Shown here piece by piece: positions 49,179-56,928 of a DNA stretch of 64,000 nt; the stretch's first letter is position 1; each line of letters opens with the position of its first letter. The DNA comes from Bacteroidota bacterium (GTDB lineage: Bacteria; Bacteroidota; Ignavibacteria; Palsa-1295), in contig JAUZNX010000004.1 in assembly GCA_030706745.1 (NCBI GenBank), forward strand, positions 218,152 through 282,151. The letters are read 5' to 3'. A program made the position numbers and the translations under genes. The notes beneath the pieces are model-generated. The model worked only from the letters and a program-made list of their open reading frames with translations, ran no database searches and had not been told where the DNA came from.

Positions 49179-49263
49179 AATGAATGAGCGATCATTCACA
49201 CAAGCTCGCACAATAACCCGGTAATCGGCAAGATGTTACCACTCCTGACTACTCAAAAACTAC
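49179..49263 (-). promoter_or_regulatory. conserved 5' leader/promoter motifs of paralog 3
   Basis: GAATGAGCGATCATTC (49183-98; central 4 nt inverted relative to the paralog 2 copy), AATAACCCGGTAATC (49212-26) and TGACTACTCAAAAACTAC (49246-63). Confidence 0.5.
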
Positions 49264-49283
49264 TTAGACGGAAGCGACAACAG

Positions 49284-49326
49284 AAAAAAGTGCTAGCGTG
49301 CTGTCATCCGCAGCACGCTAGCACTT
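49284..49326 (-). terminator. intrinsic terminator of the 49351..49818 gene
   Basis: 15-bp perfect stem agtgctagcgtgctg / cagcacgctagcact followed (on the minus strand) by tttttt. Confidence 0.75.
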
Positions 49327-49350
49327 GAGAATTATCGTCGTTAGGGGCGA

Positions 49351-49818
49351 TTAATCGCCGTCATCGCCGCGATCACCTTTCCCGTTCTTTGCCCAACCCG
49401 TATGTTTTCCGTTGTCGTGATGGGCATTTTCCGCATAGCCGTTATTATTGCCATCGTTGTAATAGCTTCCGTTATATGCGGCAAGCTGCTGCTCTAAGTC
49501 CCGCTCCCGTTGATCGAGCTGCGCGAGTTCCGCGCGAAGTTGTGCCTTATGCTGGCGGATCGCGTTGAGTTGGGCCTGCGCCTGGTTCGGATTGTAGACC
49601 GGCGTATAGCCAGGATTATATGGTGTATATGGCGCCGGAGTCGTTGGTACGTATATCGGTGTCGTACCCGGAACGGTTGGAACCGTCGACGGATAGGTCG
49701 TCCCGCCATTACTTGGCGTTCGCGGACGCGTGCCCGGACCAGCCGTTTGCGCGTAACCGTATTGTCCAACAAGCAGTGTGATGAGTGTGAATGCTAAAAT
49801 GGTTGTGATTCGTCTCAT
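49351..49818 (-). CDS. hypothetical secreted protein, Pro/Thr/Tyr-rich then coiled-coil and Asn/Gly/Asp-rich tail
   Basis: Signal peptide MRRITTILAFTLITLLVGQYGYAQ. Low-complexity composition. Strong terminator downstream. Confidence 0.5.
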   Translation of the reverse strand: MRRITTILAFTLITLLVGQYGYAQTAGPGTRPRTPSNGGTTYPSTVPTVPGTTPIYVPTTPAPYTPYNPGYTPVYNPNQAQAQLNAIRQHKAQLRAELAQLDQRERDLEQQLAAYNGSYYNDGNNNGYAENAHHDNGKHTGWAKNGKGDRGDDGD

Positions 49819-49993
49819 ATCGAGTACAAGTTAGTGATGTACCTTGTATTCGTACAACTGCCGCGCCTCGTTTCATGAGGCGTGGCCCAAATGACCTGAA
49901 TAGCGATTCACCGGAAACTCACGATAGATTCGTACGCCCCGGCAAAGTTCTTGTGCATGTCACAGCGTAGCTCACTTTTCCAAACTACATATT

Positions 49994-50689
49994 ATGCGAC
50001 ACTTACGATTGATGGCCCTCGGGCTTTTCCTTCTCACAATCGCGCCGGCACTGGCATCAGCGCAACGCTATGCGTATACACCACAGCCATCCACGATGAT
50101 CGGGGTGCGCGGTGGACTCGGCATTGCCAATGAAGCGACGCCACTCTACACGAACTTTACCGTTTCGAGCCATACCGGATTTCTACTCGGCGGACAGCTC
50201 GACTACTGGTTTCAACCTCAATGGGCGCTGAGCGTACAACTTCTCTATAATCAGAAGGGCGATCACCTCGATGGAGTCAGTCCGGACAATGGTTTGCCAG
50301 AAACAGATGACTTCACACTCGGCTATATCGAAATACCTGTGCTGGCTAAGATTGCACTCGGCACGAGCAATGTGAAGCCATACTTCTTCGCCGGTCCGGA
50401 TGTCGGAATCCTGCTTGCAGCGAGCGACCATCAGGTGCAGACCTCCGGCGGAGCGACATACTTCGACCAAACGGTCGATGTGAGCAACAGTTTTAACTCG
50501 CTGGACTTATCGCTGCTCTTCGGCGCGGGTGTGTCGTATCAAATGACCGGCGGTCCGCAACTCTTCCTCGATGCCGGCTACGCACTTGGCTTAGTCAATG
50601 TCGAGAAGACGGCGGCGACTGGAGTAAACGAGTCACTCATGTCGCGAGACATTCGCATCGCGGCCGGGGCGATGTTTCCGCTGCAATAA
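49994..50689 (+). CDS. outer-membrane beta-barrel protein (OmpA/PorT-like beta-barrel domain)
   Basis: Signal peptide ending ALASAQ. Alternating amphipathic beta-strand pattern with aromatic girdle residues. C-terminal aromatic residue near the end. Confidence 0.6.
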   Translation: MRHLRLMALGLFLLTIAPALASAQRYAYTPQPSTMIGVRGGLGIANEATPLYTNFTVSSHTGFLLGGQLDYWFQPQWALSVQLLYNQKGDHLDGVSPDNGLPETDDFTLGYIEIPVLAKIALGTSNVKPYFFAGPDVGILLAASDHQVQTSGGATYFDQTVDVSNSFNSLDLSLLFGAGVSYQMTGGPQLFLDAGYALGLVNVEKTAATGVNESLMSRDIRIAAGAMFPLQ

Positions 50690-50722
50690 AATGCTCTTGT
50701 AGCGGATTGTATTCGGGGAAGT

Positions 50723-50845
50723 AGCTAATCCCTGCTTCCCGGATATTTCTTCTTCCGATTCCGCACATAGTCGACAAAGACGAACGGGCCCAGATCATTC
50801 AGCCCGGAGTAATATGCGTGGCCTTTGTTGGATTTCGTGAGTATA
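50723..50845 (-). pseudogene. orphan duplicate of the last 38 codons plus stop of the vWA gene at 51193..52359
   Basis: About 85% nt identity to 51193-51310. Translates as LTKSNKGHAYYSGLNDLGPFVFVDYVRNRKKKYPGSRD* versus the intact ...LTKSNKGRAYYSGLNDLGQFVFVDYVRNRKKKYPGSRD*. Homology stops exactly at the stop codon. Confidence 0.65.
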
Positions 50846-51192
50846 CACGGCGGCACGCACTTTCCGGTTATCCTGGCAGAGGCCGTGCGCGGCGGAGCCT
50901 GCCCTGAGCCTGTCGAAGGGTCTCTACAATTAAATCAATAATTCATCGAAAATGTGCTATGCCGGAGGTATCGAACCATGTTATATTAGATGGAAGGGGG
51001 TCTCTTCGCTAATTACCAATGACGAATTATGAAGTGCAAATGCGGTGCAATGTCGGCTTATTTGCAATGAGAAAACAGACGCCTATCTAGGGGACACCGC
51101 AGCTGTTTCATGAAAAATTTCCCAAAACGTAATATAAAAATATATAGCGTGTCTGTTGGAACAGTGAGTAAAAAAATCGCGAGCCAAGCGAG

Positions 51193-52359
51193 TCAATCCC
51201 TGCTCCCCGGATATTTCTTCTTCCTATTCCTTACATAATCGACAAAGACGAACTGCCCCAGATCATTCAGGCCCGAATAATAGGCGCGGCCTTTGTTCGA
51301 CTTGGTGAGTTCTTCGACGAATCCGATGAGATACGGATCGCGGGCGACCATGAAGGTCGAGATCGTGATCTTCTCGCGGCGGCAGGCGAGCGCTTCATCG
51401 AGCGTCTTGTTGACGATCTTCGGATCGAGTCCGAACGAGTTCTTGTAAAGTCGGCCCGCATCATCGAACATCGCCGATGGCTTGCCATCCGTCACCATGA
51501 AGATCTGCTTATTTACGTTGCCCGATCGTATCAGCAATTGCCGCGCGAGCCGAAGTCCCGCTTTGGTGTTCGTGTGAAATGGTCCAACTTCGAGGAACGG
51601 CAGCTCGCTTACGGTGATGAGCTTCGCCTCATCGCCAAACGTGACGACGTAAAGTTGGTCCTTCGGAAATTTGGTTTTGATCAGCTCCGAGAGTGCCAGC
51701 GCAACCTTCTTTGCCGGCGTGATACGGTCCTCGCCGTAGAGAATCATCGAATGGGAGATGTCGATCATGAGCACCGTAGCGCATGAAGTCAGGTGCTCGG
51801 TCTCGTAAATCTCAATATCATCTTCTTCTATGCTGACAAAAGATGAAGGATGAGTGATGAAGGATGAAGGTTCTGATCGGTCATCATCATCGTTCTCTCG
51901 GAGTGCTCGTTTCTGTGCATTCAGGAATGTCTGGGTAAAGTCGATGTTCGACGATTGATCGCCGAAGTTGTAGGGCTTGGTGTTCTGCGTCCGCTCGATG
52001 CCCGAGCCGGTGTGCGGGGTGTCGTGTGCGCCGCTTGGGGATTTGCGGAGCGAACGGAACATCTCCAGCAGTGCATCACGCCGAATGTTCTGAATTGCTT
52101 TGTTTGTCGGTTTGAGCAGGGCATTCTCGTCTTCTTCGATGAGGCCCATCCGCTTGAGTTCGTCCTTGAACATATCGAGCGTCATGTCGGGGCCGAAGAT
52201 CTTGTATTGTTCGTCGAGATATCGCATCCATTCGAGGACTTCATTGACATCGCCGCTCGTCGTGAGCAACAACTGGCTAAACAGCCCGAGAAGCTGCTTC
52301 AGTCTGTCTTCGGCCGTTTGGCTCTTGCCGGGAATCCATTTGGAATAGGCGACGCGCAT
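51193..52359 (-). CDS. von Willebrand factor A (CoxE-like) domain protein
   Basis: MIDAS motif in ATVLMIDISHSM (DxSxS). vWA fold blocks (VVTFGDEA, IFMVTDGKP). About 390 aa with an N-terminal helical region as in CoxE-type vWA proteins. Confidence 0.75.
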   Translation of the reverse strand: MRVAYSKWIPGKSQTAEDRLKQLLGLFSQLLLTTSGDVNEVLEWMRYLDEQYKIFGPDMTLDMFKDELKRMGLIEEDENALLKPTNKAIQNIRRDALLEMFRSLRKSPSGAHDTPHTGSGIERTQNTKPYNFGDQSSNIDFTQTFLNAQKRALRENDDDDRSEPSSFITHPSSFVSIEEDDIEIYETEHLTSCATVLMIDISHSMILYGEDRITPAKKVALALSELIKTKFPKDQLYVVTFGDEAKLITVSELPFLEVGPFHTNTKAGLRLARQLLIRSGNVNKQIFMVTDGKPSAMFDDAGRLYKNSFGLDPKIVNKTLDEALACRREKITISTFMVARDPYLIGFVEELTKSNKGRAYYSGLNDLGQFVFVDYVRNRKKKYPGSRD

Positions 52360-52412
52360 ACTTAATCTAACTCCTTAGAGGTGAATGTGGTTTTGCACAG
52401 CGCTTCGATTGT

Positions 52413-52440
52413 CATTCCCGCGAAAGCGGGAATGACAGCT
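52413..52440. promoter_or_regulatory. perfect 11-bp-stem hairpin with GAAA tetraloop in the vWA / DHS-like divergent intergenic region
   Basis: gtcattcccgc-gaaa-gcgggaatgac. No following T-run. Confidence 0.4.
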
Positions 52441-52464
52441 AATGAGCGGAGCGAAACCGAAACC

Positions 52465-53613
52465 ATGCGTATTTTTGCGTCTAAACCTAACTACTACATG
52501 CGCTCACGCTCCAGATATCTACAAGGAAAACCGATCGTTCCGAAACCCATGCCGCGCGCGATGAAGGTCGCGGATCTAGTCGATGACTACTTCCAGGCCT
52601 ACAATGCAGGCCGATTGCATGAGGCTTGCCATCTCATGACCGAACGGATGCTGGGCGACGATGTGACCATTGGCCTCTCGCTTACCGGTGCGCTCACACC
52701 TGCGGGGCTCGGCGGCTCGTGCCTCGTACCTATGATCGAAGCCGGGTTCATCGACTGGATCGTCTCGACCGGTGCAAATCTCTATCACGATACCCACTTC
52801 GGCATCGGCAAAACGCTCCGTCGAGGCAAACCGAATATGGATGATGTATTGCTGCGGAAGGATGGCGTGATTCGGATCTATGACATTCTCTTCGAATACG
52901 ATGTGCTGCTCGATACCGATGCGTTCTTCCGCAAGATCATTGCTGGTCCGGAGTTTCAGCGACCAATGTCGAGCGCGGAGTTTCATTACCTGGCAGGCGG
53001 CTACGTGCGCGCCAGGGAGAAGCAACTACGCATTTCGCATAAGTCCCTAATCTCAACTGCCCACGAATATTCCGTCCCAGTCTATACCAGTTCACCTGGC
53101 GATAGCTCGATTGGCATGAACATAGCCGCAATGGCGCTGCAAGGCAACAAGCTGGTAATCGATCCGAACCGCGATGTTAATGAGACGGCAGCGATCGTCC
53201 TCGGAGCCAAACGCGGCGTGACCACAAAGCGCAAAGGCAAATCCGCCGTCTTTATCTTAGGCGGTGGGAGCCCGAAGAACTTTCTCCTGCAGACTGAGCC
53301 GCAGATTCAAGAAGTCATGGGCATCGAGGAGAAGGGCCACGACTTCTTCCTTCAGGTCACAGATGCCAGGCCGGATACCGGGGGACTCTCAGGCGCGACG
53401 CCATCGGAAGCGGTTAGTTGGGGCAAGATCGATCCGGATCAGTTGCCGGATACCGTCGTGTGCTATGTGGATTCAACCATCGCGCTGCCGATCATCGCGC
53501 AGTATACGCTATCGAGACATGAGAAACGCAAACCGAAACGGCTTTACGACCAGATACCGAAGTTGATGGCAACGCTCGAACGGGAGTATCACAAAGCTCA
53601 GAAGCGCAAGTAG
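52465..53613 (+). CDS. deoxyhypusine synthase-like (DHS family) protein
   Basis: [41 protein letters not shown] matches the DHS-family NAD-binding core. Start set at MRIFASKP downstream of the palindrome that the ORF-track start reads through. Confidence 0.7.
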   Translation: MRIFASKPNYYMRSRSRYLQGKPIVPKPMPRAMKVADLVDDYFQAYNAGRLHEACHLMTERMLGDDVTIGLSLTGALTPAGLGGSCLVPMIEAGFIDWIVSTGANLYHDTHFGIGKTLRRGKPNMDDVLLRKDGVIRIYDILFEYDVLLDTDAFFRKIIAGPEFQRPMSSAEFHYLAGGYVRAREKQLRISHKSLISTAHEYSVPVYTSSPGDSSIGMNIAAMALQGNKLVIDPNRDVNETAAIVLGAKRGVTTKRKGKSAVFILGGGSPKNFLLQTEPQIQEVMGIEEKGHDFFLQVTDARPDTGGLSGATPSEAVSWGKIDPDQLPDTVVCYVDSTIALPIIAQYTLSRHEKRKPKRLYDQIPKLMATLEREYHKAQKRK

Positions 53614-53781
53614 GATGGCCCGGCCTTGTCCATCCGCAATGTGTCGGCCGCGATCCAGTCTAAACCTCGCAATCGAACGAATTTTTTCCCCGGCATTCTG
53701 TTTACCGCACCGCCCGGTGGCGTGGGCCCATAGATGGCCCGCCGTCCCAGGCACTTACACAATCTATATCCTCCATCGACC

Positions 53782-54969
53782 ATGGCTGAAGAACACGCTG
53801 TAGCGACACTCACCACACCCACCAACTCACACAACGGCACGTCCAAACCAGCTCCGCAAAAAGCGGGACTCGAAGACGTCGTAGCCGGTCAAAGCTCCAT
53901 CTGCCTGCTCGACGGCAAGCGAGGAATTCTCGCATACCGCGGCTACGATATCCACGATCTCGTCAAAGGCTCATTTGAAGAAACAGCATACTTGCTCCTG
54001 TATAGCAAGCTGCCGAATACCTCCGAACTCGCTGAGTTCAACGCCAAGCTCGTCAAGAGTCGTAGCGTGGCAAAGCCGGTCATGGACCGGATCAAAGAGA
54101 TGCCGCGCAACATCCATCCGATGGCTGCGCTCCGCACACTTGTCAGCGAAGCCGGGCTCTACGATACGCAAGCCGAGGACATGTCACGCGAAGCGAACAT
54201 CGAGAAGAGCATTCGCATGATCGGGATGTTCCCGCTGCTGGTTGCATACTACGATGCCTCGCGCAATGGTCGCGAATTCCTGCAGCCAAAGGCCTCGCTC
54301 GGACACGCGGCCAATTTCCTCTATCTCTTGCTCGGCAAAGAACAGGACGCCGAAGTCGTCAAGATGTTCGACTCGGCGCTCATCCTTCATGCCGATCATG
54401 AGTTTAATGCTTCGACCTTTACCGGCCGCTGCATCGCAGCGACGCTCTCCGATATTTACTCCGCCGTTACGGGTGCCATTGGCGCACTCAAAGGGCCGCT
54501 CCATGGCGGCGCCAACGAGCAGGTCATGAAGATGCTGCTGAAGGTCGGCGATCCGAAGAAGGCCAAAGAATGGATCACCGATGCACTTGCGCGCAAAGAG
54601 AAGATCATGGGCTTTGGCCATCGCGTCTATCGCACCGAGGACCCGCGCGCTACGCATCTGCGCCAGTTCTCCGAGCGCATGGGACAGCGTACTGGTCAGC
54701 CGCAATGGTACGAGATGTCCAAGACGATCGAGCAGTTTATTCTCGAAGAGAAACACCTCTACTCGAATGTGGACTTCTATTCCGCGAGCACCTATTATAT
54801 GATGGGTATTCCGCTCGATCTCTATACGCCGATCTTCGCGATCAGCCGCGTATCCGGATGGACGGCGCATTGCCTTGAGCAATATGCGAACAACCGCATC
54901 ATTCGCCCGATGGCCGAATACACCGGTCCGGTCGATAGCGTGTGGAAGCCAGCCGCTGAGCGCGCCTAA
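53782..54969 (+). CDS. gltA: citrate synthase
   Basis: Signature GFGHRVY. Catalytic His/Asp context (LHADHEFNAST). About 395 aa. Start at MAEEHAV. Confidence 0.9.
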   Translation: MAEEHAVATLTTPTNSHNGTSKPAPQKAGLEDVVAGQSSICLLDGKRGILAYRGYDIHDLVKGSFEETAYLLLYSKLPNTSELAEFNAKLVKSRSVAKPVMDRIKEMPRNIHPMAALRTLVSEAGLYDTQAEDMSREANIEKSIRMIGMFPLLVAYYDASRNGREFLQPKASLGHAANFLYLLLGKEQDAEVVKMFDSALILHADHEFNASTFTGRCIAATLSDIYSAVTGAIGALKGPLHGGANEQVMKMLLKVGDPKKAKEWITDALARKEKIMGFGHRVYRTEDPRATHLRQFSERMGQRTGQPQWYEMSKTIEQFILEEKHLYSNVDFYSASTYYMMGIPLDLYTPIFAISRVSGWTAHCLEQYANNRIIRPMAEYTGPVDSVWKPAAERA

Positions 54970-54989
54970 GAGCAAATTCCTCTTTACCA

Positions 54990-55033
54990 AAGAAGGATGA
55001 AGGTGAAGACCTTCATCCTTCTTCTTTTTTTTT
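54990..55033 (+). terminator. rho-independent terminator of citrate synthase
   Basis: aagaaggatgaagg-tgaagac-cttcatccttctt followed by cttttttttt. Confidence 0.8.
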
Positions 55034-55074
55034 ACCTCTCGATTCGTATTCTTATTCGATGTTAATCCGATAGT

Positions 55075-55389
55075 GTGGTGGATTACCAGAGTAAGTTATC
55101 CGAAATCACTCATCGGGTCCACTGCAGATCGATCAATGGCCCGCCGCTTGGATACCTTCTCCCTATGGCGAGAATCCCTTTCCGTTTCTTTGCGCGGGTC
55201 ATTTTGATGACTGCTTCCTCTGTTTTTGCAATTCTATCCCTTTCTACTCATATTCAGGCGGAAGAGGTTGTCTATGCCGTCGCATCAATTGCCGCCGTCA
55301 TGCTGGCAAGCATGTTCAGAAAGAATGTTCATCATCATAGGCACGCCCGGGCAATCAAAGAGCAAACGCATCAGGCAGGGACTTCCTGA
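55075..55389 (+). CDS. small hypothetical membrane/secreted protein with a His-rich tail
   Basis: Only an ORF. Internal Met gives a hydrophobic segment (MARIPFRFFARVILMTASSVFAILSL). HHHRH near the C-terminus. Overlaps the end of the convergent gene. Confidence 0.2.
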   Translation: MVDYQSKLSEITHRVHCRSINGPPLGYLLPMARIPFRFFARVILMTASSVFAILSLSTHIQAEEVVYAVASIAAVMLASMFRKNVHHHRHARAIKEQTHQAGTS

Positions 55390-56789
55390 TGCGAAACTAT
55401 GGATCCTTCCAGAAATGGTCGAATGCCGGCATAACCGCCATGGACGTTTCGGATCCGATTGAAACCATAACGGCTCAGAATACTGGCTGCAACCATCGAG
55501 CGATAGCCCCGGGCGCAATGGACCAAGTACTCAGCTTTAGGATCGAGTTCAACGATGCGCTCCTCCAATTCTGCAAGCGGAATATGAACGGCGCCACTGA
55601 CATGCTCGGCCCCGAACTCGGTGGCATTCCGAACATCCAATACTGGTGCGCCATGGGCATAGAGCGATGCGAATTCCTCGGGATCGATAGATTGAATTCC
55701 CTCAACCGCACGGCCGGCATTTTTCCATGTGTCAAATCCGCCATCGAGAAAGCCGATCACATTTTCATAGCCGATTCGGGCCAGCCGGCTGATGGCTTCG
55801 GCTTCCTGGGCGGCCGGTGCAACGATCACCAGCGGGCTGGAAATATCAAGCAAGGTGCCGGCCCACCAGGCGTAACTTCCATTCAGGCCGATATTGATCG
55901 AGCCGGATATATGCCCCTGTTCGAACGAATCGGCAGCGCGTGCATCGAGGATCAAAGCGCCTTGTGTCAGTGCCTGATCGAAGGCTTCGAGTGTTAACGG
56001 TTGAACATTCCGGCTGAGAACTTCAGCGAGCGGCGCATAGCTGGTCTTGTTGATTGCAGCATCTTTGAAGTAATATCGCGGTGGGGCCGAAAGGTCATTC
56101 GTCAGCATTGCGATAAATTCCTCCCGTGGCACAGCCATACTTGCCGCGCGCAGTGCATAGTTTGCAAGCTTCTGTTGCCCAATTGTGGAGACTGTTTCTT
56201 TGCCGATGTTCTTTCCACAGGCTGAGCCTGGACCATGTGCCGGATAGAGGATCACATCATCCGGCAACGGGGCAATCTTTGTTCGAAGTGAGTCGTACAT
56301 CATCGAGGCCAGGGACTCCTTCGTCATCTTGCCATCGAGAAGATCGGGGCGACCAACATCGCCGACAAAGAGTGTGTCGCCGCTGAAGAGAGAATGCGGT
56401 TTGCCGTGTTCGTCATTGAGCAGATAGCAGACCGATTCCGGCGTGTGTCCCGGTGTGTGGAGTATTTCGATTTCCAAAGTCCCAATTTGGAGTCGTTCGC
56501 CATCCTCCGCTTCGTGGAATGGGTAATCCGCTTTGGCGCCGGGACCGTAGACGATCGGTGCGCCGGTCGCGGCGGTAAGATCGAGATGGCCCGATACAAA
56601 GTCGGCATGGAAATGCGTCTCGAGGATATACTTTATTGTGGCTCCGCGGTCGGAAGCCAGAGCAACGTACTGGTCCGTCTCTCGGATCGGATCGATGATA
56701 ACGGCTTCCCGCCGGCCTGTTGCACCAATCGATTCAACATAATAGGCAGCTTCGGCAAGGCAGTTCGTATAGAGTTGTTCGATATACAT
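55371..56789 (-). CDS. MBL-fold metallo-hydrolase fused to rhodanese domains (persulfide dioxygenase-like / Blh-type)
   Basis: N-terminal metallo-beta-lactamase motif ETHFHADFVSGH (HxHxDH). Two C-terminal rhodanese-like segments, with a CARGYRS-type active-site Cys loop in the last. Confidence 0.8.
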   Translation of the reverse strand: MYIEQLYTNCLAEAAYYVESIGATGRREAVIIDPIRETDQYVALASDRGATIKYILETHFHADFVSGHLDLTAATGAPIVYGPGAKADYPFHEAEDGERLQIGTLEIEILHTPGHTPESVCYLLNDEHGKPHSLFSGDTLFVGDVGRPDLLDGKMTKESLASMMYDSLRTKIAPLPDDVILYPAHGPGSACGKNIGKETVSTIGQQKLANYALRAASMAVPREEFIAMLTNDLSAPPRYYFKDAAINKTSYAPLAEVLSRNVQPLTLEAFDQALTQGALILDARAADSFEQGHISGSINIGLNGSYAWWAGTLLDISSPLVIVAPAAQEAEAISRLARIGYENVIGFLDGGFDTWKNAGRAVEGIQSIDPEEFASLYAHGAPVLDVRNATEFGAEHVSGAVHIPLAELEERIVELDPKAEYLVHCARGYRSMVAASILSRYGFNRIRNVHGGYAGIRPFLEGSIVSHQEVPA

Positions 56790-56928
56790 AAGGGATCAAT
56801 CTGTAATCAATGCGACATGCAACGAAGTGAGCCGGAAGCAATCTCGTTCCCAAAGCAACTACCATGCTTAGCTTTGCCTCGGCGTCAACAACAGTTAGAT
56901 CGGAAGCAGGCGCCAGGCCTAACACATT

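Noticed and set aside
50900-51010. Possible tRNA or group II intron fragment in the vWA-tail filler (ggaggtatcgaacc; gagcctgtcgaagg)
   Set aside because: A T-arm-like heptamer is present but no complementary acceptor/T stems can be drawn; no domain V consensus.
51058-51111. 17-codon minus-strand ORF (MKQLRCPLDRRLFSHCK) in the filler between the duplicated vWA tails
   Set aside because: Too short, no SD/start context evidence; likely chance.
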